A stretch of 64,000 nucleotides of DNA from Bacillales bacterium UBA784. GTDB taxonomy: Bacteria > Bacillota_I > Bacilli_A > RFN20 > CAG-288. Under the pieces are notes generated by a model. The model was given only the letters and a program-made list of their open reading frames with translations, made no database searches and was not told where the DNA came from. The position numbers and the translations under genes were made by a program. Numbering within the stretch: position 1 is the stretch's first letter; each line of letters starts with the position of its first letter. This document shows positions 27,801 through 36,632 of this stretch, in pieces. Location: contig DBJE01000003.1 in NCBI GenBank assembly GCA_002297045.1, positions 65,537-129,536 of the forward strand, given 5' to 3'.

Positions 27801-28922
27801 CTTTTTGTAGTCCGAGATCCGTTTTTCAAGATCCTGGAGCCTAAAAAGGAGGAAATGGATTGCTTTAGACTGTTCCTTGGCGTTTTTCCTGTCTGTATCG
27901 ACATCTCCATAATAGGGAACCAGCCTAGGATCTGAGCCTCCTAGAATTTGTTTCCTTCGTTCAAATCCCCTTCCTTCCTTTTTGATGGCAAATAGGTCTT
28001 CATGGTCTTTGGTAAAGCTTGAAAGAGCGGAAAGAAAGTCATCCCCTTCCTTCTTCCTTAGCTTTAGGTAGGCCTCATACCTTTCCTGCTCTTTCTCATT
28101 TTTAAACGGAAGCTGGTCATAAGGAAGAGTAAAATAGCCTGGATTCTTCCTCCTTGCATTGGCAAGTCGGACGGGGACTAGTCCCTTGTCTTCGTTAAAG
28201 CCACTATAGAAATCGGAGAGAAGGAAAGCGAACTTCAGTTCATCGGCAATCTTCTTCTTCGTCTTCCGGATGTACTCCTTTTTAAAGCCGTTGAGGACTT
28301 TGTCGGAGAGAAAACTATCTTCATAGTCCGAAAAGAATCTTTTTTTCTCCTCTTCGGTAAGGGATGCCCTTTGATCGTCTAAATCGAGAAGAATGGCTCT
28401 TAGGGCTGAGTCGTTCTGCCTAGTCAGGGAATGGATGAGGAAGAAGAGGGAATCCTTTTTCCTCCTGTCCTGATAGTATTCCGTTAGCCTCTCGTCCAAG
28501 ATGACCTGCTTTTTTGTTTCCCTCACGACATCATCGGCAATAGTGATCTTCGGAGAGATGCCAAGCCTTGAGGAATAGGTGGAGACAAGGTACTGGGAGA
28601 AGGAATCGAAGGTCTGAACATGGCAGGAGAGCCTCTCGTCACTTAGTTTTTTGTAGCGTGTTCTTTCTTTTTCATTCAGATTTGGATCATTTTCCGCTTT
28701 CTTAAAGCGGGCAACGATTCTTTCCTTCCTTTCATGGGCGGCATTGTTGGTAAACGTCCTGACAAGCAATTCACTCGGCTTGACTTCTCCTTTGTCAATT
28801 AAGGAGAAGACACGCTCCGTGAGAGTCTTCGTTTTTCCTGATCCCGCACCGGCGGAGATTAGGATATTTTTATTGGATGGAGCAGAGACAGCCTTTGCCT
28901 GTTCGGTATTGAAACTAGCCAT
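24879..28922 (-). CDS. addA: AddA/RexA helicase-nuclease subunit (UvrD-like SF1 helicase plus RecB-type nuclease)
   Basis: Walker A SAGAGSGKTKTL, I-AGG-VDEYQDTN, NYRS, TIHGSKGLE, C-terminal GSIDLLF...YIVDYKT nuclease motif. Start at the ATG at 28922 (MASFNTEQ), 9 nt after AAGGAG. Only one internal ATG in about 1350 codons. Confidence 0.85.
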   Translation of the reverse strand: MASFNTEQAKAVSAPSNKNILISAGAGSGKTKTLTERVFSLIDKGEVKPSELLVRTFTNNAAHERKERIVARFKKAENDPNLNEKERTRYKKLSDERLSCHVQTFDSFSQYLVSTYSSRLGISPKITIADDVVRETKKQVILDERLTEYYQDRRKKDSLFFLIHSLTRQNDSALRAILLDLDDQRASLTEEEKKRFFSDYEDSFLSDKVLNGFKKEYIRKTKKKIADELKFAFLLSDFYSGFNEDKGLVPVRLANARRKNPGYFTLPYDQLPFKNEKEQERYEAYLKLRKKEGDDFLSALSSFTKDHEDLFAIKKEGRGFERRKQILGGSDPRLVPYYGDVDTDRKNAKEQSKAIHFLLFRLQDLEKRISDYKKTSNVFTFADIGRLSLRLRTDKKYEKAAKEIRNRFTYIRVDEYQDTNDAQELFLSSLRQKKDDGTRSHLFCVGDAKQSIYGFRNSKVELFRKRQKDYLDHPENGEVIARNKNYRSQPRLLHQINAIFEKYRTLDHGGIDYRDESEQLSYDNGVDLYKDKERKNKSFGISRIISIREDYDGAKNSKNCREWEINAIADDIEKKRKEGYQIYDRDRASFRKVRYSDFGILCRTKSSFSSFQEVFQKRNIPLNSISEDALSKVEPVIVVQSLVSLMAYLRGKNPTCQVKHLFASVARSYIRNYSDDTLFPILAYGKSNDKPQGTLDLVLKDPLFSKRKQFIQDNQDNPFSLIFTNRLSSFSIIDKLYTLGNVSVSLAKLESRQARIKNQEERGEGRDGFLSLRQNRNKYKVELLDKSSVRNEDAVNLRTIHGSKGLERNILYRPIYQNKRTKVNQRTKPDYDFSLKYGILLPDYRINPKYNRDGDLLSFPDKDIYPFNYKRYKREDLKKEERDEHVRLFYVALTRAENNLIFVGDGEKDSTDKKKENAQYRRNRLPHIKERNPLLINKERKDALEERKKDLASLSFPISNLKGENQALYDRFKNEVLLPYYSSLYEEQREGIREVLGNQYRNRFLESNPTLDQISALFAFHYLKKDLTTFNQLNDYLDSLTPTRDEDEEESDEDQGSDEDEDSASASFEEQRKKRNKDGREAFLRDILDGLKEGDCLKLGRKNIKNKKDRLKRINKAFLLSLVNIRTENNPSNRIEYVTRSHYYLDDEEIPYAIYDSVKDNKCSGKGKQDEFLYPIPGKESGTLNDDDLGFEEKKRIRASKKLTQDERRENRLLDFGTRLHEIRQGINLKNPDLSFLSDKKRKDAINKVFSTPLRQKAKKASSYRQELSYDLSEEEERQGSIDLLFLYEGTYYIVDYKTKEIDDPAYEDQLHVYQHVVEKLFGTKKENIRLFLLSLLRAKEKEIQVE

Positions 28923-31554
28923 TCTTCTTTTCTCCTTTTCCTTCCTTATTTTCTTTTTTCTTCTTCCTCTTTTTCCGCTCGGTTTCGACATTGTCTATTT
29001 TCTTCTTATAGTCTAGGGCATCGTTGATTTTGTGGAAACAGACATCCTTGTAATTGCAGAGACGGCAAATGAGATTGTCCGTAGTGAAGGAAGTGAGAGG
29101 ACTAGAGGTCGGCTGGATAGGGAATTCCCCTTTCTCAAGGTGATGGATGATTGATAGGGCAGAGTTTACCGAATCCTGCCTTACCTGCTTCCTACTTATC
29201 TTCCTGTTCGTTCTGTCTTTCCTTAAGGTCGGATCAGCCTCTTTCTCATCCTTAGCGAAAGTGGCGACAGGGGCAAACATCAGGCTCTGGTTAAAGCGGA
29301 TGTCCCCTTTCTTATTCTTGTACTGAATGGCATCAGTCCTTGTTCCTTCCGTGTCGAAGAACTTTGTCCTGGATTTAAGATAGTCCTCATCCTCAAGGAC
29401 TAGTCCCTCTAGCTTGACCTTTGTACTAAGATCTGCCTCTGTCCTTGTCTTTTCTTTTTTCTTCGAAAGGGCGAACCTGCCTTTCGGGGACTTATCGTAG
29501 ATATGCTCAATCGCAAATCCGCCGAAGGTCGCCTTAAGATTCGGCCTATAGGGAATAGAGTCCTGCTTTTTTGCTACGGCCTCTTCCTTCTTCTGCTCGA
29601 TGGCATAGGCATAAAGAGGAAGCTGGATAGACCGTCCGAAATAGGTTTCCTTCGGAATAAAGGATTCTGCCCCTGTCTTATAATCGACAATCGTATAGAA
29701 ATGACGTCCTTCCCTTTCACTGAAGATCCTCTTATCGATATAACCGGAAAAGGGATAGGTCTTGCCATGATCGCTTAAGGTAAATTCAATCTTCCTTTCG
29801 GCATCGTTGTCGTTGACCCTTAAGGAAATATTTTCTTTTACCCTCTTACGGACTTCGCCGGCTATCGGCTTAAGCCACTCTTTGATGTTCTCCCTCGTCC
29901 TCTCCCTCTGCTTATCGAATTTCTGTCCGCGTTTCTCCCTGTCTTCCCTAAGGGACTTCTTTCCCCGTTCAAAAGCCTCATCGAAGGAATAGTCCTTATG
30001 GTTGATGGTCTCAAATACACTGTGGATCCTCGTTCCGCGGAAACGGCTGAAGTAGTCCTGAATCTGATCGGGAATCCTAGCCTCCCTATAATACTTGAAC
30101 GGACAGAGAATATAGGATTCAAGATTGGTGACGGAGAACTTCTCTGGGAGTGGGAAGATATTCTCTTTTAGTCCCTTAAAGGAGTGATCATATCCGTTAA
30201 AGACGATACTTTCTCCCTCTTTTGTGTTAAGTCTGTACTTTCCAAAACGGAACTGACTATCTCTCTGCCTTGCAAGATAAGCCTTCCTGCTTTCACTGGT
30301 ATAGACCCCTTCCTTGTTGTAGTCTTCTGTTTCACAAAGCTGAGGTAAGAGGACATCCTTATGTGCCTTCATATACTTCTTCTCTTCTTCCTTCCTTTCG
30401 TTGAAGAACTGGGAAGAGAAAAGGTTATCGTTTAGATGCTGCTTGACCCGGGAAAGAAGAACGATGTTCCTATAGGAGAGATAGTTCTTTTTCTTCCGGC
30501 GGTCAAGATTGGTTGTCACATAGCTTGGATTGAAGGAAATCTTGACCAGTTCGTCATCGGTAAGGACATTGTTGTCCTTACTCTCAAGATAGAAACGTCC
30601 AAAGAGGAAGTCGGTCACATAGACAATCTGACCAGGCCGGAAAAGGAACTTATCGCTTGCCCTTACCCCTCTTTTTGAAGTAAAACCTTTCCTTTTATAG
30701 GAAGAGATGATCTCTAGTAGACAGGAGAAGGCAAAAGAGAATCCCTGCTTCTCTTCTACCTCTTTAAGGGAATATTTCTCAATCCTTTGATTCAGGCTCT
30801 TCCTGTTAGGTTTGACCCTTTCTTCCTCAGTGAAGGAAAAGTCTTTCGTTTTATAGATACTATCAAGTTTGTCCTTCACTCCCTCTTCGGCAAGGAAAGA
30901 GGAGCTTGTTTCTTTAATGACCGGTATCGAGAAAAGATTTCCGATTCCGGAAAGATAAAAGACGTCCTCATCCCCTTTCACATGGATAAGGATATCCGAT
31001 TTCCTTTTCCCTGTCTTATCTTCCAGGATTCTTTTCCGGATATCGGAAAAGACATACCTGAACTGATGGAACTTGTCAGAGAAGAGAATGGTCTTTGGAT
31101 GATTAAGAAGGGTATACCGGTTTTCAAGATGGAAGGACTCGATATCTAAATCCTTGAAAGGGATGTTAAGCCGCTTAAGAAAGCCATGGACGACAAGGTC
31201 TTCCTGCCTTTCAAAGAGATTGACCTGATAAGAGGATATCCTTGCCTTGCCAAACGGTTTCTCTCTTATCCTTCCTTGCTGCTGAAGTTCATCATGCCTT
31301 TTTTTCAGTTTTTCGTTTTTCCGGTAGTCAGAGTGGATAAGTAGATCAAGATAGTCGTTTGCTTTCTGGTAGCTGATGCCCTGTTTCCTAAGATAGGGGA
31401 CTGCATTAGAAGAGATTTCATCGGCTACATGATTAAACAAATCATCAATCGACCAGATTGTAATTTGCTTGTTCCTATCCTTGCCTAAGTGCTCAAAGAG
31501 AAAAGGAAGATAATCCTTATCAGCAATTACAAGCCTGCCTTTGTTATTATCCAT
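28915..31554 (-). CDS. addB: AddB/RexB subunit (inactive helicase-like plus PD-(D/E)xK nuclease with Cys cluster)
   Basis: Upstream partner of addA with overlapping ends. GYIDKRIF...YTIVDYKTG nuclease motif. Cys at LCPFKYY and CRLCNYKDVC (Fe-S-type cluster). Start chosen at the ATG at 31554, 7 nt after GGAGA (31560 possible). Confidence 0.8.
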   Translation of the reverse strand: MDNNKGRLVIADKDYLPFLFEHLGKDRNKQITIWSIDDLFNHVADEISSNAVPYLRKQGISYQKANDYLDLLIHSDYRKNEKLKKRHDELQQQGRIREKPFGKARISSYQVNLFERQEDLVVHGFLKRLNIPFKDLDIESFHLENRYTLLNHPKTILFSDKFHQFRYVFSDIRKRILEDKTGKRKSDILIHVKGDEDVFYLSGIGNLFSIPVIKETSSSFLAEEGVKDKLDSIYKTKDFSFTEEERVKPNRKSLNQRIEKYSLKEVEEKQGFSFAFSCLLEIISSYKRKGFTSKRGVRASDKFLFRPGQIVYVTDFLFGRFYLESKDNNVLTDDELVKISFNPSYVTTNLDRRKKKNYLSYRNIVLLSRVKQHLNDNLFSSQFFNERKEEEKKYMKAHKDVLLPQLCETEDYNKEGVYTSESRKAYLARQRDSQFRFGKYRLNTKEGESIVFNGYDHSFKGLKENIFPLPEKFSVTNLESYILCPFKYYREARIPDQIQDYFSRFRGTRIHSVFETINHKDYSFDEAFERGKKSLREDREKRGQKFDKQRERTRENIKEWLKPIAGEVRKRVKENISLRVNDNDAERKIEFTLSDHGKTYPFSGYIDKRIFSEREGRHFYTIVDYKTGAESFIPKETYFGRSIQLPLYAYAIEQKKEEAVAKKQDSIPYRPNLKATFGGFAIEHIYDKSPKGRFALSKKKEKTRTEADLSTKVKLEGLVLEDEDYLKSRTKFFDTEGTRTDAIQYKNKKGDIRFNQSLMFAPVATFAKDEKEADPTLRKDRTNRKISRKQVRQDSVNSALSIIHHLEKGEFPIQPTSSPLTSFTTDNLICRLCNYKDVCFHKINDALDYKKKIDNVETERKKRKKKKENKEGKGEKKNG

Positions 31555-31740
31555 ATTCATTCTCCTTTCAGAATTATAACATTTAGGAGAGGAACTTTTA
31601 GCTTGCCATAACCTGAACGGCAATACATGAATACCAAAACTTGACTGGGACTATCCTTTTTTGACTATTGCTTTCCTGGTTCCCTGTGAAATTACAGGAG
31701 TTTTTCGGTTATGGGTGTGTTGATATGAATTTTGCGACTT

Positions 31741-32658
31741 CTAAGCATTCTTCTTTGAATTCTGACTCAGTTGCATAATCGTCAGTGAAGTCTGATTAAA
31801 CATATCCTCAAGTTCCTTAAGGAGCGTATTTCGTCGGTTGGCGTTCGAAAGCAGTCTGCTCAAATTGTTCTTTATGTAATACTGGAATGCATCTCTTATC
31901 TTGAAGCCATACTTATTCCTGATGTCGATAACCTCATCACTCAACTTATGAAGCTCTGGATAAGCGTTTATCCTTGCCGGAACTAATGTGCTTATAGGCT
32001 GATCATGGTCCAACGAAATTTGTTTCACATGTTTCACAAGCCTTGGGAAAAACCCAGTGGAGGAATGTGTGCTGTCAAAAGTCTCCGTATATACTTGTTC
32101 TAAAATTTCGGACTCGGATGTGGGTGCCGTCAGGATAAAAACATCACCATTGTCCATAATGTAGAGCTTTTTAATTTCTGACAGAGTCCGATAAGTTTTC
32201 GGACTTGGGCCGATTAGAAACTTAATTCTGTTCACCAAATCATCCATTGCCTTTTTAAAATTTTTGTCACCCTTAAAGGCTTTGAAGATTATTCTCATTG
32301 GCAAACAATAATTATTATTGGAATAGAGTCGATCTTGCGTTCTTAAACGAGAAGAAAATATTCTTTTCAGCTGTTTCTGGTCGAACACGGCTTTTATGGC
32401 AGATCCGCTAATCCTAGCACCGCCCACGGGCGAAGGAGAGGATGTGGTATTTGAAGACAGATAACGCAGATATCGTGCATAGCAGTTATATGCGGGAATC
32501 CAATGTCTTATGCCGCTTGGGGTCGGTGTGGCTGATAAGGAAGAGTTCAAATATGACAGATATGATTTGGCTGTGCCTACACTTAACCCTTCGACCTTGG
32601 TTACATAGTCTTCAAAACTCCTGTAGGAACTTGTTTTGCTCACCTTAATGTTTGGCAT
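31741..32658 (-). CDS. hypothetical protein (305 aa), island gene
   Basis: Long ORF with RBS AAAGGAGG 8 nt upstream. No family recognised. Confidence 0.5.
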   Translation of the reverse strand: MPNIKVSKTSSYRSFEDYVTKVEGLSVGTAKSYLSYLNSSLSATPTPSGIRHWIPAYNCYARYLRYLSSNTTSSPSPVGGARISGSAIKAVFDQKQLKRIFSSRLRTQDRLYSNNNYCLPMRIIFKAFKGDKNFKKAMDDLVNRIKFLIGPSPKTYRTLSEIKKLYIMDNGDVFILTAPTSESEILEQVYTETFDSTHSSTGFFPRLVKHVKQISLDHDQPISTLVPARINAYPELHKLSDEVIDIRNKYGFKIRDAFQYYIKNNLSRLLSNANRRNTLLKELEDMFNQTSLTIMQLSQNSKKNA

Positions 32659-32752
32659 GGTTTATTTGCCTCCTTTTCAATTTGTTTTCAAAAAATATCA
32701 AGAGAATTTCCTTTAGATTTCAACTTTTATTCGTTTTGATGATAAAAGGAAA

Positions 32753-33112
32753 TTAGAAAATGATGTTTTCAATACGATAGAGAGTGTTTCCGAGTCCGAC
32801 GGTTAACACTGCTTGGCGTCCATCTTTAAGTTTGATTAAATATTTTGTACCATAAAAACTAGTTGTAACATTATCTTTATGCTCAATATCAATAACTCCC
32901 ATGGCTAAAACACTAGCTGAATCAACCATGTCGTGAGTAATCTTAATTTCTTCTTTACTAGGAAGGGTGAAAATCATAGCCGATTCACCTTCATCGCTTC
33001 CAAAATTAATTGTTGTACCAACCGGAAAATCGTGACTGCTTACATAACCTGCACTTGTCATAGCTTTAAGGGCACCAGCCCCTGCCTGTTTTAATTTGTC
33101 AAGAAAACCCAT
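32753..33112 (-). CDS. hypothetical small protein (119 aa), island gene
   Basis: ORF with perfect RBS AGGAGG (MGFLDKLKQAGAG...). AT-rich. No family recognised. Confidence 0.55.
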   Translation of the reverse strand: MGFLDKLKQAGAGALKAMTSAGYVSSHDFPVGTTINFGSDEGESAMIFTLPSKEEIKITHDMVDSASVLAMGVIDIEHKDNVTTSFYGTKYLIKLKDGRQAVLTVGLGNTLYRIENIIF

Positions 33113-33144
33113 AATTACTTACCTCCTATTGGTTTGACTTCTCT

Positions 33145-33172
33145 GTTTTACCCCCCCCCCGCAAAAAGTCAA
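33145..33172 (-). promoter_or_regulatory. candidate phase-variable promoter: TTGACT, 16-nt spacer containing G10, TAAAAC
   Basis: Minus strand: TTGACT-TTTTGC-GGGGGGGGGG-TAAAAC, about 30 nt upstream of the AGGAGG RBS of the 119-aa gene. Confidence 0.45.
33151..33160. repeat. homopolymeric C10/G10 tract
   Basis: Ten consecutive C on the plus strand, counted directly. Confidence 0.95.
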
Positions 33173-33425
33173 GAAATGTCTTGAAATTAAATTTGCAAGC
33201 CAAAAATATCGAACAAAATTCGTAGAAAATGTTCATTTATATCCGTGCAACTAAAATTTATGGAAGAATAAAAAAACGAAGAAAAATATCAGACTATAAG
33301 ACTATCTTCTTTTTTCTTGCTGATTCAAAGTATCAACATTCCCATGTTTAGCTCAGGAACTTCCGAAAACAGTCATAGTCTTTTTTAACTGTCGTACGGA
33401 GAAAGATGAGTATACTCTTCATTCT

Positions 33426-33455
33426 CCTTGATGCAGGATTGCATCTGCATCAAGG
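33426..33455. repeat. perfect 11-bp inverted repeat (CCTTGATGCAG-n8-CTGCATCAAGG)
   Basis: Read directly. Lies in a 650-bp non-coding gap and is not followed by a T run. Confidence 0.8.
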
Positions 33456-33764
33456 AAAGCATGAAGATACTTGATAATGAATTACTTTGCGGCCATGTAT
33501 GGTCAGAGCACAAATGTATGAGGATGCAGCATGCTACCACCTACTGCTTTCGCTTCTGTCTATTCAACAAGTCTATTAGGACCCTCGGTGAGTCAACCAT
33601 AGAACATCTAGAAGTGTCCTGCCTTCCCCTTTAGAAATGGATACAGGATGAGTTATTGAAATCTAGTTGAAAATATTTTTTAAAGCGTTCACTTCAAAGA
33701 TGGTTCACTGATTATAACATCCAAGTGGTGCATTAACACTTCAGTTTCTTCTTTAGAGATACAT

Positions 33765-36629
33765 TTAGTCTTTAAACTTCAGTAAGCCCCTTGTAAATCC
33801 GTTTGGATTGGTGAACTTCTTCTCTCCGGCGGCAAAACGGACAGTTATATATTTGCCTTTCTTGTCTATATTTATGATTTCGCCGTCCCCAAACTTAGGA
33901 TTGACGACCTTGGCACCGACGACAATCTTAGAGAAGTCTATGTTCATGGCTTTGGCATAGTCGTTGACCTGTTTTAGAATGGGCTTGATTGTCTCTTTGG
34001 CTTTGTTATCGGCGGGGCCTGTCTTGTCTGCTTCGGTTGAAATAAGTTCCTCCGAGTTCTTCCTGGTTTCCTGCTGGTTATAGAAGAGTTTCTCGTATTC
34101 TTCTCTTCTGATTACTGTATCCCAGCCACCGACATCCTCGCCCTTATGCCTTTCCAGACCAGTATAAGAAAGAGAGGAATCCTCGTATCTCTTGAATTTG
34201 AAGATGGCGTCGTTCATCAAGGAAGCATTGAAAACACCCAAAGAGCAGAGAAGCTCGAAGTCTTTGACATCCAGTCCGGTAACCTTCTTAAACAGGTCAG
34301 GCTCAAGCTGGGTGATGACATCCTTAAGGCATCTTTCCCGGTAGTCGGTGAGGTACCTGAAGACAGGGATTCTGGTCGCGAACTTGATCAGCTTCTCCTG
34401 GATTTCCTTTCTCTTGGACTTGTATTCCTTCTCTTCTTCGGTAAGTTCTTTCTTCTGCTTCGGAGTGAGCTTGTCATCCCCGTCCTTCTTTGTGTTCTTG
34501 ACGTGTTCAGATTTGTTGATGATGGTCTCAATATCAGAGTTCAAAGAACGGAACCCTTCAATGTTCATCAAGGCATCCAAAGCCTCTTTGTTGGTCAGAA
34601 GCTTGTTTAATGTGTCATTGTCCACATTGACCAAAAGAGCCGATTCCCATCTTCTGGCAAGCAAAGTCGCAGAAGTCCCGGCCATTGCGATATCAAGGAC
34701 ATCCTGGGCATTAATCTGCTTCCTGGTCGAGCCATCATAGGCGAGAACCGGAAGGAAGCTGATGAATTCCGCAACCTTCTTTTCAGGATTGTTTCCGTCC
34801 TGATTAAGACGGCAGGAATAGTCCGAAATCTCTCTCAGGGCCCGGTCTAATGCAAAATCAAAGACATAGCATTCCTGCTTAAGAATCGTCTCCGTTCCGT
34901 CCGGATTCTTGATCGTCCAGGGGGACTGGACACGGAATGCAGACTGGAAATAGGTTTCCGGTGATTTCAGGTTCCGGAGCCTAAAGATGCCTGTCCAAGG
35001 CCGGATAGTGACGCCAGTGGTCAGCTTTCCGCAGGAGAGAGTAATCGTCTTAGTCTCCAAAGGAGACTTTCCGTCCTTCTCCCTAGAATCGATGACTGGC
35101 TTTACGGCATCAAGACCAATCCCCGCTTTCGGTCCTGCACAGAGGTTGATGGTGTAGTCATGATAGAACGTGTTCTGCCGTTCCCTGAGAAGGTTATACC
35201 TTGCTTCGCAGGAAGCGACATTCGGCAGGAACCAAAGAGTGTGGGAGAGAACATTTAAAAGACGGACATCCGAGAAGGGCATCGGAGGACGCTTGTCCTG
35301 CCCAAGTTTAAGATCGTCGATGCTGGCAGACAGGTACTGGCCTCTAATCAGATCGAGCCACTTCTGGACTTCGTTTTTGTACTTGAAAGTAGCATTCGCC
35401 CCTCTTCCTTCCGCAGAGAAGAAGACATTGAGGTCGAACTCGTTGAATTCGCCATCCATGGCGACCTGTTTGATGCTGTCTGGAATCTGATAGGTCATCA
35501 AGACCATTCTCGGCAAGGAGAGATAGGGATTGTTCGATCCCTTCCAGTTCGCCTTCGCTCTCTGTTCATCGGAATATGTCCAGTTATAAATCTGATCTTC
35601 GATGAACTCCCCGCTGTTGATTGCTCTAAAAGGAGTTCCGGAAAGGAAGAGATAATAATTCGTAGTGATAGGAAGGAATGTTTCGTTGTAGGCATTGCCC
35701 GCCTCTTCATCCTGGTATTTCTCGACGTCAAAGTCGGCATCTGCCTCTTCGTCTGGATTCTCGAAGAGCTTTTTTGCATTCTCACGCCAGGCACCAAAGT
35801 GGTATTCGTCAAAGATGACCCTGTCCCAGTTCTCTGTATGGATGAATTCGTTTTTCGCCTTTATTCCGCCGTTCTCGTTGGTCCCGAGAAGGTTCTGGAA
35901 GGAGCCGAAGACGACAATCGGCTTTGACTTGTCACACTCCGCAAATTCCTTATCCAGACGGGTACTAGAGCCCTTGGCGTCGTTGTCCGAGACAAACTGC
36001 CATCCATCGAAATCGATGTGGGTAAGCAGGTCCTCTTTCCAGGCCGATTCGACTGCAGGTTTGAAAGTGAGGATAAGGATTCTCTTCAGACCCATTCTCT
36101 TGGCAAGCTCATAGGAGGCGAAAGTCTTCCCAAAGCGCATCTTGCAGTTCCAAAGGAACTTCGGCGCCTTATTAGGCTCTTCCTCTTTGGCCTTCTTGAA
36201 GTATTCTTCCGTGTATTGGACTGCTCTGACCTGTTCAGGTCTCCTCTTGAATGTCTCTGTTCTTCCGCGTGATGTGATGATACCGTCTCTGACTTCCAAT
36301 ATGGCTTTCTTCACATCGTCCAAGGAGCATTTGAACCATTCGTTCTTGTCTTCCCCGTTGTAGAGCTGTTTGATTCCTTCTCTCTTTAAAACGGCATGGA
36401 TATCATGGTCCATGAAGCAGGTTCCGTCGGAACGCATGGCGGAAGTGACAAAGATTGTCTTATGCTTCAGACCGCTAGTATGTAACTGCTCGTTGATTCT
36501 GTCTTCATAATCCTCACGATCTGTGTATCCGATTTTCAGATAGCCATCATGAGATGGGACATCTGGAAGAGTGTAGACATATATGGTCGGTTTGACCTCT
36601 GGTCTTTGCTTAAAAAAATCCGTTGCCAT
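33765..36629 (-). CDS. restriction-type enzyme: N-terminal GIY-YIG/T5orf172 nuclease, SF2 (type III Res-like) helicase, C-terminal UvrD/PcrA-type Tudor-like tail
   Basis: IYVYTLPD...GYLKIGYT...R..EQ (GIY-YIG-like), motif I MRFGKTF, motif II VIFDEYHFG, motif III LSGTPF, QSAFRVQ. C-terminal VGAKVVNPKFGDGEIINID...VRF. Three nt downstream of the MTase gene. Confidence 0.8.
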   Translation of the reverse strand: MATDFFKQRPEVKPTIYVYTLPDVPSHDGYLKIGYTDREDYEDRINEQLHTSGLKHKTIFVTSAMRSDGTCFMDHDIHAVLKREGIKQLYNGEDKNEWFKCSLDDVKKAILEVRDGIITSRGRTETFKRRPEQVRAVQYTEEYFKKAKEEEPNKAPKFLWNCKMRFGKTFASYELAKRMGLKRILILTFKPAVESAWKEDLLTHIDFDGWQFVSDNDAKGSSTRLDKEFAECDKSKPIVVFGSFQNLLGTNENGGIKAKNEFIHTENWDRVIFDEYHFGAWRENAKKLFENPDEEADADFDVEKYQDEEAGNAYNETFLPITTNYYLFLSGTPFRAINSGEFIEDQIYNWTYSDEQRAKANWKGSNNPYLSLPRMVLMTYQIPDSIKQVAMDGEFNEFDLNVFFSAEGRGANATFKYKNEVQKWLDLIRGQYLSASIDDLKLGQDKRPPMPFSDVRLLNVLSHTLWFLPNVASCEARYNLLRERQNTFYHDYTINLCAGPKAGIGLDAVKPVIDSREKDGKSPLETKTITLSCGKLTTGVTIRPWTGIFRLRNLKSPETYFQSAFRVQSPWTIKNPDGTETILKQECYVFDFALDRALREISDYSCRLNQDGNNPEKKVAEFISFLPVLAYDGSTRKQINAQDVLDIAMAGTSATLLARRWESALLVNVDNDTLNKLLTNKEALDALMNIEGFRSLNSDIETIINKSEHVKNTKKDGDDKLTPKQKKELTEEEKEYKSKRKEIQEKLIKFATRIPVFRYLTDYRERCLKDVITQLEPDLFKKVTGLDVKDFELLCSLGVFNASLMNDAIFKFKRYEDSSLSYTGLERHKGEDVGGWDTVIRREEYEKLFYNQQETRKNSEELISTEADKTGPADNKAKETIKPILKQVNDYAKAMNIDFSKIVVGAKVVNPKFGDGEIINIDKKGKYITVRFAAGEKKFTNPNGFTRGLLKFKD

Positions 36630-36632
36630 CGA

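Noticed and set aside
31624-31740. Searched for att-like direct repeats shared between the left (31624..31740) and right (41540..41960) island borders.
   Set aside because: Only a 7-mer (CAATAGT) is shared, which is not significant in AT-rich sequence. The island boundaries therefore remain approximate.
33428-33634. A 68-aa plus-strand ORF in the island gap.
   Set aside because: It is Cys/His-rich and has no RBS. Its start lies inside the 11-bp hairpin, and it runs on the opposite strand to every island gene.
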